Positions 10,214 through 19,757 of a stretch of DNA of 64,000 bases are shown here, in pieces. This DNA is from Myxococcota bacterium (GTDB lineage: Bacteria; Myxococcota_A; UBA9160; UBA4427). Position 1 is the first letter of the stretch. Every line of letters starts with the position of its first letter. Below the pieces are notes generated by a model. The model did not search any database. It was not told the DNA's origin and worked only from the letters and a program-made list of their open reading frames with translations. The position numbers and the translations under genes are program-made. The stretch is from positions 3,424,001-3,488,000 of the forward strand of contig OZ252299.1 of the NCBI GenBank assembly GCA_965250285.1, given 5' to 3'.

Positions 10214-10268
10214 GGCTCAGGGCTGCTCTTGGCTCAGGGCTGCTCTTGGCTCAGGGCTCAGGGCTGCT
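10214..10268. repeat. 17-bp tandem repeat duplicating the stop-codon region of the anti-sigma gene
   Basis: GGCTCAGGGCTGCTCTT x2 plus partial copies running into the gene end (CAGCCCTGA on the minus strand). Confidence 0.8.
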
Positions 10269-11343
10269 GCTGCGCCGTACCGACGGCGGCGAAGTCGTCG
10301 GCGAGCACGGCGCCGAAGTCGCCGCCGGCGTTGCGCAGGCGCTCGACGATGCGGTCGAGCGAACCCTGCTCGGCGGCGTGCCGCGCGAGTCGGTCGACCC
10401 ACAGCTCCTGCTCCGCGAGGGTCAGCTGCGAGAGCTGCTGGGCGAACTGTTGCGGGTTGCCCTCCAAGATCGCGAGCCAGTCGTCGCGTGAACGCGGCTG
10501 CGCGCGCGCCTCGTCGCTGCCGACCCCGTAGCGCGCGGTCGGCGCGACCGCCGGGCGGCGCAACGTGGCATCGAGCGAGCTCGCATCACCGAGACCGGCC
10601 GGATTGCGACCGGCGACGGCGATCGACTGCGGCGGCGCATGGCCCGCACCCCACTCGGATCGGAAGGGGACGGGGGCCGGTACCGGCGCCGCATGGTTCT
10701 GGTCGATCTGATACGGCGGCGGTGTCGTGTCGAGCGCAATGTGCAGTCGGACGATCGGCGCCGGGCCGGCCGCGGGGCCGGAGGATGCGTCGCGCTCCGA
10801 CGCGGCGGGCACAGAATCGGCCGGCGCGAGGCTGGCGAGCTGCGAGCCCGCCGTGGTCGTTCTTTCGCGCGCTCGCAGCGCCCCGGTGTCGTTGGCGCCG
10901 TTCGCGGCCTGCACAGACACCGGTACCTCTTCGCGCGCGACCTCGACCGCGTCGCCGACGACCGGACGCATCCAGTCTCCGCCGGGCTCGAAGAGACCCA
11001 CCTGCTGGCCCCAGAGCACGAAGCCCGCCGAAAGCAGCGCGGCCGACGCGGGGGCGAGGACGCGCGGTGAGAACGCGTCTTCGAAGAACGCGTTGACCCG
11101 ATCCATGAAGGAGGGCTTCGCGTCGCCATTGCGGATGCGCCGCATCACGTTGGCGCTGAAATCGCCGGGTACCTCGGGCTCGGGAAGGCTGCGGAGCAGA
11201 CCGATCGTGGCACGCATCTGGGCCACCTCGGCTGAGCACACTGGGCAACCGTCGAGGTGGGCATCGAGCAGAGCGCGGTCGGTCAGACCGAGCTGGCCCT
11301 CGAGGTAGTCGCCCATCTTGGCGCGAACTTCAGCACAGTTCAC
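10258..11343 (-). CDS. Zinc-finger (ZAS) transmembrane anti-sigma factor
   Basis: N-terminal C...HLDGCPVC (HxxxCxxC) and one TM segment; directly downstream of an ECF sigma gene. Confidence 0.85.
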   Translation of the reverse strand: MNCAEVRAKMGDYLEGQLGLTDRALLDAHLDGCPVCSAEVAQMRATIGLLRSLPEPEVPGDFSANVMRRIRNGDAKPSFMDRVNAFFEDAFSPRVLAPASAALLSAGFVLWGQQVGLFEPGGDWMRPVVGDAVEVAREEVPVSVQAANGANDTGALRARERTTTAGSQLASLAPADSVPAASERDASSGPAAGPAPIVRLHIALDTTPPPYQIDQNHAAPVPAPVPFRSEWGAGHAPPQSIAVAGRNPAGLGDASSLDATLRRPAVAPTARYGVGSDEARAQPRSRDDWLAILEGNPQQFAQQLSQLTLAEQELWVDRLARHAAEQGSLDRIVERLRNAGGDFGAVLADDFAAVGTAQQQP

Positions 11344-11479
11344 GGGTTCTCGGCCCTCTCCGGCGATGCGCTCCGGTCGGAGGCCTCGCGCGTTGCAGCG
11401 GATTCGAAACGGAAGGTCGACGTCGCACGCCGTTGGGCGGTGCGCGTCGCGTCGACGCCACGCGGGTCGAGCGCAGGGC

Positions 11480-12148
11480 TCACAGCACGGCGTCCTGATC
11501 GGCGCGGGGCAGCAGGCTCTTCAGCTCGTCGCGTAAGGCCTTGCGTGCTCGGTGGATGCGACTCTTCACGGTGCCTTCGGCGATGCCGAGCACCTTGGCG
11601 ATCTCGCCGTAGGAGAGCCCCTCGATGTCGTACAGGATCACCGGCATGCGCAGCGAAGGCGAGAGCTCTTGCAGCGCCTCGCGCACGCGCGCGGTGAGCT
11701 CGGCCCCCGCGGTGGCGTCCTCGGGGTTGCGCGGCGCGGTCGGCAGATCGTCGCCCGCCTCGTTGCGCACCTTGAGCTTCTCGATGCGCGCGCGGCTTCG
11801 GCCGAGCGAGCGCCGGCGATTGAGCGCGGCGTTCGCGGCCACGCGATAGACGAAGGTCGAAAAACGCGACTCGGCGCGAAAGCGGCGACCGTGCCGGTGG
11901 AGACTGAGGAAGGTCTCCTGGGCGACGTCCTCGGCCTCTTCGCGGGTCCCCATCATGCGCATGAGCAGGCGGAAGACCCGCTGCTCGTGCCGCTTGACGA
12001 GCTCCTCGAAAGCCGACTCGTCGCCATCCTTCCAGCGATTCACCAACTCGATGTCGGGGTCATCCACGATGACGCGACCGCGGCCAGCTGCGGCGGCGGT
12101 GTGGGTGACCATGGGGGCCTGACTGCTCTCGACGTACGGGTATGCCAT
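11480..12148 (-). CDS. ECF RNA polymerase sigma factor (RpoE/SigW-like)
   Basis: GDESAFEELV, AEDVAQETFL, FSTFVYRVAAN, EGLSYGEIAKVLGIAEGTVKSRIHRAR. Start 12148 chosen (GAGAGG RBS); ORF is open to 12337. Confidence 0.92.
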   Translation of the reverse strand: MAYPYVESSQAPMVTHTAAAAGRGRVIVDDPDIELVNRWKDGDESAFEELVKRHEQRVFRLLMRMMGTREEAEDVAQETFLSLHRHGRRFRAESRFSTFVYRVAANAALNRRRSLGRSRARIEKLKVRNEAGDDLPTAPRNPEDATAGAELTARVREALQELSPSLRMPVILYDIEGLSYGEIAKVLGIAEGTVKSRIHRARKALRDELKSLLPRADQDAVL

Positions 12149-12333
12149 GAATCGCCTCTCGTGGTCGGAGGGATCCCGTCCGGACGTCTCCGGTTCCCGT
12201 TCGGGGGTCACATTTTCGCTCGAATCCTCACGGGGGGCGGCCTGGGGGCCTTCCGACGCACGTGTCTCGTCGGCCTCTTGCCCCTCGGGGCGCGGGGCCG
12301 CATCGGGCTCGTGGGCGTCCGGGCCGGAGGCGA

Positions 12334-12867
12334 TCAATCCTCTCCCGCGAGGGGACGCTCGCCTTCACCGGGTCGCACCCAGGTGCCACTCTTACCGCCG
12401 CTCTTCGACGCCAACCGGACCGCGTCGATCGTCATGCCCCGGTCGATCGCCTTGCACATGTCGTAGAGCGTGAGCCCGGCGGCCGAGGCAGCGACCAGCG
12501 CCTCCATCTCGACACCCGTCTTCCAATGGGCCTCCACCCGCGCCTCCACCCGCACCAGGCTCTCGGCCGGGTCGGCCTCGAAGAACACCTCGACCGAGTC
12601 GATGGGCATGGGATGGCAGAGCGGGATCCACTCTCCGGTACGCTTGGCCGCCTGGATCCCGGCGATGCGGGCCGTCGCGAGGACGTCGCCCTTCGGCATC
12701 TCACCCGCACTGATGCGGGCGAGGGTCTCGGGCGCCATGTGCACCTCGCACCGCGCGATGCAGACGCGGTGCGTGACGGCCTTCTCGCCGACGTTGACCA
12801 TGCGCGCACGGCCTTCGGCGTCGAGGTGGGTGAGCCCGCCGGGATCGTCCGCCTGCGAGCGGCTCAT
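12334..12867 (-). CDS. moaC: Cyclic pyranopterin monophosphate synthase MoaC
   Basis: [49 protein letters not shown]. Confidence 0.97.
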   Translation of the reverse strand: MSRSQADDPGGLTHLDAEGRARMVNVGEKAVTHRVCIARCEVHMAPETLARISAGEMPKGDVLATARIAGIQAAKRTGEWIPLCHPMPIDSVEVFFEADPAESLVRVEARVEAHWKTGVEMEALVAASAAGLTLYDMCKAIDRGMTIDAVRLASKSGGKSGTWVRPGEGERPLAGED

Positions 12868-13784
12868 GCCGAAGCGCCCTCCAGGGCTGCATCAGGTGTG
12901 GCGGGCCGCGAGGCCTCGGTCTCGGCGAGCTGCGCGTCGATCCAGTCGAGCAGGTCGGTGAAGACCTGCTCCTGCTCGGGCTCGTTGAAGATCTCGTGTC
13001 GCAGCTCGGGATAGACTTGGAGCGCGCTGCCCGCGACGCTCGCATGCGGCAGGGCTTCGAAGAACCGCCGGCTGCCCTCGGGCTCGCAGAGCGGATCGTC
13101 TTCGCCGTGCAGCAGCAGCATCGGCTGCCGCACGTTCGGTGCGGCCTCGAGCGCCTGCACCGTGATCTCGTTCATCGAGGCGCCGAACGCCACCGACGCC
13201 TTGCCGTGCACCAGCGGGTCGGCTTCGTAGGCGCGAATCACCTCGGGGTCGCGCGAGAGGCCCTGCACGTCGAGGCCGGCCTCGATCGCGAGGGTCGGCC
13301 AGATGCGTCGCAGCACGCGGGCGAGCCACAGCTTGAACGAAGAGACGCCCTTCCCCACCGCGAGCGCGGCCCCCGACGTCGCGACGAGATCGGCATCGGG
13401 CGTCCGCAGGCCGGCCAGGCTCGCCACGATCAGGCCGCCCATGCTGTGCCCGAGCAGCACCAGCGGCAGGCCCGGGTGCGCGGTTCGCACCTGCTCGACG
13501 AAGCGCTCGAGGTCATCGTGGAACCAGTGGAAACCGTCGACGTGGCCGCGGCGTCCACTCGACTGCCCGTGCCCCACGTGGTCATACGCGTGAACGGCGA
13601 AATCCCGTTGAGCGAAGAAGCGAGCGAGGGTCTCGTATCGGCCCGAGTGCTCGCCGAAGCCGTGGACGACCACGAGGACGGCCCGCGGGTCGGGGGGCAG
13701 CCACGCGCGGCGGAACAGCGAGCGGCCTTCCGCCCCCTCGAAGCGCGTCTCCACCCGCCGAAGATCCTGTAACGAGGCGCTCAT
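12864..13784 (-). CDS. Alpha/beta hydrolase, lysophospholipase/monoglyceride lipase family
   Basis: [21 protein letters not shown] nucleophile, HGEDD, HEIFNE. Confidence 0.92.
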   Translation of the reverse strand: MSASLQDLRRVETRFEGAEGRSLFRRAWLPPDPRAVLVVVHGFGEHSGRYETLARFFAQRDFAVHAYDHVGHGQSSGRRGHVDGFHWFHDDLERFVEQVRTAHPGLPLVLLGHSMGGLIVASLAGLRTPDADLVATSGAALAVGKGVSSFKLWLARVLRRIWPTLAIEAGLDVQGLSRDPEVIRAYEADPLVHGKASVAFGASMNEITVQALEAAPNVRQPMLLLHGEDDPLCEPEGSRRFFEALPHASVAGSALQVYPELRHEIFNEPEQEQVFTDLLDWIDAQLAETEASRPATPDAALEGASA

Positions 13785-13975
13785 CGCCCGCTCCGACTCA
13801 CGCGCCGCTCCTTCGCGTCCGCATCGGCGTCGCCCTGCAACGCGCAGCGCGACGGATCGACGTGCATGGTACGCGATCGATGGCGCTTGCCACGAAACGG
13901 CGCGGGCTGAAGGCGCGACGCCTCGAACGGAGTCGTCCGGCCGACTGGGTCAGATGGGCCAGCGGGGACGCTGGA

Positions 13976-14587
13976 TCAGGAAGCAGCGAGCTCGCGGACG
14001 CGGTCGCGGGCGGCGAGCACCTTGGCGAGGTAGCGGCCATCCCGCACGTCCGTCCCCCAGAAATACGCGGAGATCCCGCGCTCGAAGCCCCACCGGCGGA
14101 TGTTGTCCGAGAGGATGAAGCAGCCCGCCTCGATGTTGCTCTCGACGGTCATCGCGTTCCCCGCGAGCGCCATGGGGCGCATCATGTGCGGCATCACCTG
14201 CATGAGACCCAGCGCCCCCTTCGGCGAGGACGCCTCGGGCCGGGCATCGCTCTCGACGATGATCACGGCGAGCACGAGATCGGGCGGCAGCTCGTAGCGG
14301 TGGGCCGAGCGGAGCACGGCCGACACGATGCGATGGCGCTCGTACGCAGCGAGGCCGGGGTTCGCGAGGGCCAGCACCTCGTCGATCTGCTCCGCGGTGG
14401 TCGGCACGGCGGCCGCGCTCGGCGCCGAGACCGACGAGGTGTCGCGCAGGGTCGGCGCGCTGAGTAACCCGAGGGACAGGGCCACCAGGGTCAGCACGAG
14501 CATCCGACGCGGCGCGATGTCGCGCGCGCGACCGACTGCGTCGCCCTGGGGATCGAGCTGAGGCTGGGTCTCGCTCTGGGGGGCCAC
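13976..14587 (-). CDS. Lytic transglycosylase (SLT domain)
   Basis: LVLAVIIVES, SPKGALGLMQVMP, NIEAG, AY; N-terminal TM anchor; GTG start with AGGAG RBS. Confidence 0.88.
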   Translation of the reverse strand: MAPQSETQPQLDPQGDAVGRARDIAPRRMLVLTLVALSLGLLSAPTLRDTSSVSAPSAAAVPTTAEQIDEVLALANPGLAAYERHRIVSAVLRSAHRYELPPDLVLAVIIVESDARPEASSPKGALGLMQVMPHMMRPMALAGNAMTVESNIEAGCFILSDNIRRWGFERGISAYFWGTDVRDGRYLAKVLAARDRVRELAAS

Positions 14588-14899
14588 CGTCTTCTCCTGG
14601 ACCGCTCGCCCCGGAGACTGCGCTGGCCGAGCGCCGCATGCAGCGGCACCGACCAAGCCGTGTCGGGGGGCGGCTTGGTGAGGAACGACACCAAGGATAC
14701 CGGTGGCCCACCTCGAGAGCCACGAAATCCGGCCCCTGGCCCCCGCCGGTGCACACCTCCGCTCCGCCGTGGGGCAATCGACCGGCAGGACCCGATGAAA
14801 TTTCAGGTGGAATCGGGGGTATCTTTTTCGAACGCCATTTTGAAGTCGGCCCCTGACCGCCAGTCTGGTAGCTTGACGGGGCGAAGCCGCAGACCCCCC

Positions 14900-15763
14900 A
14901 TGACCCACCGCGACCCTACGATGGATGCGCCGCCTCGAGTACCCGATGCAGCCCCGCTGCCTCGCGATGCAAAGGGCGTCTCGTGCGCGCGACCGGGCGA
15001 AGGATCGCCCGGTGGCTTCCACGACGAGTCGCGAGACGAGCTCGAGGCCCGCTGCGCGCGACAGGCCGAGCGCATCGCGTCACTCGAACGCGACCTGCAC
15101 GCGCTGTCGCATACGATCCGTTCACCGCTCGTTGCATTGAAGGGTTTCGCAGGCCTGCTCGAAGAAGACGTCGCCGAGCGCCTCGGCGACAACGGCCGGC
15201 ACTTTCTCGGCCGCATCGTCGAGGCGGGCCGACGCATCGAGCTCCGGCTCAACGACCTCTCACAGCTGATGAACCTCGCCGAGCAGCCCCCCAACCCCGG
15301 CTGGATCGACCCGATCGGCATCGTCGAAGCACTGGCCGCCGACTTCAAACCGGCCCTCGACGACACGGGCATGCGCATCCTCGTGTCGCAGGATCCGCCG
15401 CTCGTCTACTGCGATGCGGTCCAGCTCGAGCTCGCGCTGCGCCATCTCATCGGCAACGCCCTGCAGCACGGCGCACCGTCAGAGCCGCGCCACGTCGAAG
15501 TGCAGTTCGTTCGCGACGACGACGGCACGCACGTGCGCGTCGCCGACGCCGGCCCCGGGATGGATCCGAGCGTGGAGGGACGCGCCTTCGAGCCCTTCGA
15601 CACGGCGGGCGGCCGCCAGCGTCGCTTCGACGAAGGGCGCGAATCGAGCGGCGTCGGCCTCGCCCTCGTCGAGCGCATTGCCATCGCCCACGGCGGCCGC
15701 GTGCGGCTCGACACGTCAGCCGGTCATGGCACGGCCGTCGTCATCACTTTCCCCCACGAATAG
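14900..15763 (+). CDS. Small cytoplasmic histidine kinase (HisKA + HATPase, no sensor domain)
   Basis: SHTIRSPL, LIGNALQH, DAGPGM, AFEPF, GVGLALV. Start 14900 or 14921. Confidence 0.85.
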   Translation: MTHRDPTMDAPPRVPDAAPLPRDAKGVSCARPGEGSPGGFHDESRDELEARCARQAERIASLERDLHALSHTIRSPLVALKGFAGLLEEDVAERLGDNGRHFLGRIVEAGRRIELRLNDLSQLMNLAEQPPNPGWIDPIGIVEALAADFKPALDDTGMRILVSQDPPLVYCDAVQLELALRHLIGNALQHGAPSEPRHVEVQFVRDDDGTHVRVADAGPGMDPSVEGRAFEPFDTAGGRQRRFDEGRESSGVGLALVERIAIAHGGRVRLDTSAGHGTAVVITFPHE

Positions 15764-15886
15764 CCCCACGCGGCGACGCGCCCGTTCGACGCCGCGCCGG
15801 CGCAGAAGGCGCCCGCTGCCCCGTGCACCCGCCGACGTCATCGGATCGATTGCCGCCCCCGTCCCCATCCCGTAGGCTGCGCCGCC

Positions 15887-16657
15887 ATGTACCCGATCGT
15901 CTTCTCCATCCCGCATCCCTGGGGCGAGCTGACCGTCACCACCTTCGGGCTGATGATGGCGCTCGGCTTCCTCGCCGCGTACTACATCACGGCGAAGGCG
16001 ATGGCCGAAGATGGCCTCGATGTCGAGCAGGCACCCAACCTGCTGATCTGGATCATGCTCGGCGGCGTCTTCGGCTCGAAGCTCTACTACGCGGTCGATG
16101 TGTCGATCCGCGAGGGTCTGCCCTTCACACAGTTGCTCTTCGACCGTGCGGGCATGACGTGGTACGGCGGGCTGATGGGCGGGGCGCTGATGGCGATCAT
16201 CGGCGCGCGCGTCCACAAGATCCCGGTCGGGACGTTCGCGAAGAACGTGGCGCCCGGTCTCGCCGTGGGTCAGGCCTTCGGACGCATCGGGTGTTTTCTC
16301 GTCGGCGACGACTACGGCAAGGTGACCAACGTGCCGTGGGGCGTCTCGTTCCCGCAAGGCGCCCCGCCCACGCTCGATACGGTGCACCCCACGCAGCTCT
16401 ACGAAGTCTTCTGGCTGCTCCCGATCGCCGGCCTGCTCTGGTCGCGACGGCACACCAGCCCGTGGCTGATCGGCGAGTACCTGATGGCCAACGGCGCCGG
16501 CCGCATCGTGATCGAGCACTGGCGGGTCAACGACCGCGTGGCGCTCGGCATGACCGAGCCGCAGTGGATCGGCGTCGCGCTCGTGGTGATCGGCTTGAGC
16601 GGCTGGCTGTATCAGTTCCAGAAGCAGCGCACCGCCGCGACCGCCGCGAAGGCGTAG
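15887..16657 (+). CDS. lgt: Prolipoprotein diacylglyceryl transferase
   Basis: WYGG, GQAFGRIGCFLVGDDYG, HPTQLYE; multiple TM segments. Confidence 0.95.
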   Translation: MYPIVFSIPHPWGELTVTTFGLMMALGFLAAYYITAKAMAEDGLDVEQAPNLLIWIMLGGVFGSKLYYAVDVSIREGLPFTQLLFDRAGMTWYGGLMGGALMAIIGARVHKIPVGTFAKNVAPGLAVGQAFGRIGCFLVGDDYGKVTNVPWGVSFPQGAPPTLDTVHPTQLYEVFWLLPIAGLLWSRRHTSPWLIGEYLMANGAGRIVIEHWRVNDRVALGMTEPQWIGVALVVIGLSGWLYQFQKQRTAATAAKA

Positions 16658-16706
16658 ACGCAAGCGAAGGCAACATCGTCGACGCTCCTTGCCATCGCGG
16701 CGAACG

Positions 16707-17675
16707 TCAGGTCTCGTCGGCCCCGGCCTGCTCTGACAATCGATCGCAGAGCGTCTTGGCCCGGGCGACCAGCTCGGCGGCGTCATCGCCTTCGACGAGC
16801 TTGTCGAGCCGGGCCATGGCCGCCGCGGCGTAGCGCGCCTTGATCGGCGCCTCGTGCGCGCCTCCGGCCTCGCACCAGGCCCCGAGCGCATCGACGCTCT
16901 CCGCGTAGGCGCCTCGCAGGAAAGCGCGCATGCCCTCGGCATATCGAATCATGTTGCGCGTCAGCGCCGGATCGGCCCCACGCTCGGTCGCGAGCCCGAG
17001 GGCCTCGAGCGCCTCTTCGAAGTAGGCGCTCTCGAGGTAGGAGCGTGCGACGACGAGCGCCGCCGCCGGGGCCCCGCCGTAGAGCTCATCGAGCAGATCC
17101 TCCCCCGGTCCATCGTACGCCGGCGCGACGAAGACCCGGTCGACCTGCACCGCCCGCTCGTGCAGGCAGCGCGCGAGCAGGCCACTCGTCGCATGCTCGG
17201 CGAGCAACGCACGCACGTGTCGCCGCGCCAGCTCCATGAGCGATCTTGCCTCGTAGAACGCCTCGTGCAGGTGTCGCCCCGAGAGCTCGAGCAGATGCTC
17301 GAGCTCTCGGATCGACTCGGCGTGGGAGGGCTTCGCCCGGGCGCGCAGCCGTTCGAACCGGCCCGCGTAGGCCTCGATCTGGTAGAGGTTCTCGCGGAGC
17401 TTCATCGCCTCGTGAAAGAGCGAGCCCGCGACCAGATCGAGCAGCTCGGCTGGACCGATCTCGCCGGCGTCGGGCGGGCCGGATGCGCGCAGCAACGCGT
17501 GGCAATGCTCCTTCAGGCGGTAGAGCACGCTCGAGGCGTCGTCGCCCGCCCACGCCGCGACGTCTTCGAACGAGAGACGATCCTCGTCGTGGGCTTCGAC
17601 CAGCCGCGCGAGGGCCTGATGGGCGTCGAGGAAGTCGCGCAGCAGATCGACGACGATGGACTCGGTGCGCTTCAT
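16707..17675 (-). CDS. Hypothetical alpha-helical protein with TPR-like C-terminal part
   Basis: 322-aa ORF filling the gap between lgt and the MFS gene, with normal composition (LYRLKEHCH, GSLFHEAMKLRENLYQ). Confidence 0.7.
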   Translation of the reverse strand: MKRTESIVVDLLRDFLDAHQALARLVEAHDEDRLSFEDVAAWAGDDASSVLYRLKEHCHALLRASGPPDAGEIGPAELLDLVAGSLFHEAMKLRENLYQIEAYAGRFERLRARAKPSHAESIRELEHLLELSGRHLHEAFYEARSLMELARRHVRALLAEHATSGLLARCLHERAVQVDRVFVAPAYDGPGEDLLDELYGGAPAAALVVARSYLESAYFEEALEALGLATERGADPALTRNMIRYAEGMRAFLRGAYAESVDALGAWCEAGGAHEAPIKARYAAAAMARLDKLVEGDDAAELVARAKTLCDRLSEQAGADET

Positions 17676-17805
17676 CGCGTCAGTATACCCACCGGTGAAG
17701 GGCGCTCGCGCCCGTGATGAGCGCTGCGCGCGCGTCCGAGGCGATGCACACCCAGCCCTTCAGCGGCTCGCGGCCCTGACACGACGGTGCGAGAATCGCG
17801 CACCG

Positions 17806-19050
17806 ATGCCCCCCCAGACACCCCACCCTGCGCCACCGCTCTCGGGCTCGGGCCGCCGTCCGGCGATCATCGTCGTCGCGACGACGATCCTCGTCGACTT
17901 CGTCGGTTTCGGCGTGCTCGTCCCCGTGCTGCCCGAAATGGCACACCGATTCGGCGCCGACGCACTCGGCATCAGCCTGCTGCTCGCGGCCTACGCCGGC
18001 GCCCAGCTCGTCTTCCTCCCGGCATGGGGCTGGTGCTCCGATCGCTTCGGACGGCGTCCGGTCGTGCTCGTGTCGCTCGCCGGCACCGTGGCGTCGTTCG
18101 TCCTGCTCGCCTTGGCCGACGGGCTCGCGCTCGTGTACGTCAGCCGGATCCTCGGCGGATTCTTCGCGGCGAGCGTCGGCACGGCGCAGGCGGTCATCAC
18201 CGACATCACGCCGCCGAGCGAACGCGCGAGCGGGATGGGCAAGATCGGCGCCGCCGCGGGCGTCGGCATGGTGCTCGGGCCCGCCCTCGGTGGTCTGCTC
18301 GACGACGTCGGTCCCGGCTGGCCCTTCTACGCCGTGAGCGCGATCGCGGCGGTCAATTTCGTCGGCGCCCTCTTCTTTCTGCCCGAGACGCGACCCGCGG
18401 GCCTCGCGCGACCCGACTGGCGCGAGCTCGCCCCCACCTTCGTGCCGACACCGCTGCGTGTGATCGGGCAGGCACACGACCGCCCAATCGGCATCTTCCT
18501 GTACCTCTGGCTCCACCTCTACCTGGGCTTTGCGGTCGTCGAGGCGAGCCTGCCGATCTACCTGCTGCAGCGCTTCGAGATGCCGCCATTCGACATCGGC
18601 CTCCTCTTTGCCGCGCTCGGCGTCGTCGTCGTCTTCACCCAGGGATGGCTCGTCGGACGTGTCACCACGCGGCGCAACGAGGGCGCTCTGATGATCGCGG
18701 GCTGCATGGTCATGGCGGTCGGCCTCGGACTCGTCCCGCTGATGGGCAACCAGGCCGGTCTGTACGCCGTGGGCATGTTGATCGCGCTCGGCAACGGCTT
18801 CACATTTCCGATCTTCACGAGCATCTACTCACGGGCGTGCGCCGCGGGCGAGGCGGGTGAGTTGCTCGGCGAGGCGAACGCCATGGGCATCACCGGCCGC
18901 GTCCTCGGCGCGATCGGAGCCGGCATCTTGATGGACGAGGTCGAGCTCGGCGCGCCGTTCTGGGCCGCTGCGATGGTGCTCGGCACCGGCACCGTGTTGC
19001 TGCTGGCGCTGCGCGGCGTGCTGGCGCCGAGCGACGAAGCGCGGGATTGA
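17806..19050 (+). CDS. MFS transporter, TetA/DHA1-like
   Basis: DFVGFGVLVPVLP, motif A GWCSDRFGRRP, GMVLGPALGG; about 12 TM segments. Confidence 0.92.
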   Translation: MPPQTPHPAPPLSGSGRRPAIIVVATTILVDFVGFGVLVPVLPEMAHRFGADALGISLLLAAYAGAQLVFLPAWGWCSDRFGRRPVVLVSLAGTVASFVLLALADGLALVYVSRILGGFFAASVGTAQAVITDITPPSERASGMGKIGAAAGVGMVLGPALGGLLDDVGPGWPFYAVSAIAAVNFVGALFFLPETRPAGLARPDWRELAPTFVPTPLRVIGQAHDRPIGIFLYLWLHLYLGFAVVEASLPIYLLQRFEMPPFDIGLLFAALGVVVVFTQGWLVGRVTTRRNEGALMIAGCMVMAVGLGLVPLMGNQAGLYAVGMLIALGNGFTFPIFTSIYSRACAAGEAGELLGEANAMGITGRVLGAIGAGILMDEVELGAPFWAAAMVLGTGTVLLLALRGVLAPSDEARD

Positions 19051-19076
19051 GCGCGCGCGCTTCAGCGAGTGCGCGC

Positions 19077-19376
19077 TCAGCGACGACGAAAGCGCGAAGT
19101 CGCAGGCCCGAGCTCGAGCGTGGCCGCGCGCTCGGGGTGCAGCTTCTTCGCACGCTCGAAGAGGTCGGTTTCGTACTCGACGCGCCCGGGGTCGGGCACG
19201 CAGACCGCGACCGGACACACCGCAGCGCACTGCTCGACCGCATGGAAGCCGACGCACTCGGTGCATCGCGAGGGATCGATCACGTAGATCGCGCCCGCTT
19301 CGTGGATCGCCTCGTTCGGACACTCCGGCTCGCAGAGGCCGCACGAGATGCACTGATCGGTGATGCGGGTGGCCAC
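19077..19376 (-). CDS. YfhL-family 2[4Fe-4S] ferredoxin
   Basis: CISCGLCEPECP and CTECVGFHAVEQCAAVCP. Confidence 0.92.
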   Translation of the reverse strand: MATRITDQCISCGLCEPECPNEAIHEAGAIYVIDPSRCTECVGFHAVEQCAAVCPVAVCVPDPGRVEYETDLFERAKKLHPERAATLELGPATSRFRRR

Positions 19377-19757
19377 GCCTCGAACCCCTGTCTCGCGGGC
19401 CTGCCACCGAGCAGCCAATTGCTGCGTCGATGGCGGCGCCCATCAGCCGGCCCCTTCGCGGGCTCGGCTCCTTGCGTCATCGGACCGGCTGAGCGGCGTC
19501 TGAAGCCATCGCGGGGTTGGACAAACCGGCACGCCGCGAAGGCCGGCCCCTTGGGGTGTGCCCGGAATGACTCCAGGTTTCCTTGTTTGGCCATGCCCCC
19601 TCGCCTACTTTCGAGCGGTCATCCGCGCCCACTCGGAGTGCCCCGGAGCGCCTGAGACAGCCCCTGAAAGCCACGGCTCCCAGCAGCCGCCACCGGAGGT
19701 CCGGTCCAGCGACCGGCCGCCGGGGTGGACCCCGGGGAGCCCAGCGAGGAGAGCACA

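Noticed and set aside
19420..19500. Hairpins upstream of the ferredoxin as SRP RNA or a riboswitch
   Set aside because: Stems exist (CAGCCGG..CCGGCTG) but no SRP or riboswitch consensus is recognisable, and such stems are common at high GC.
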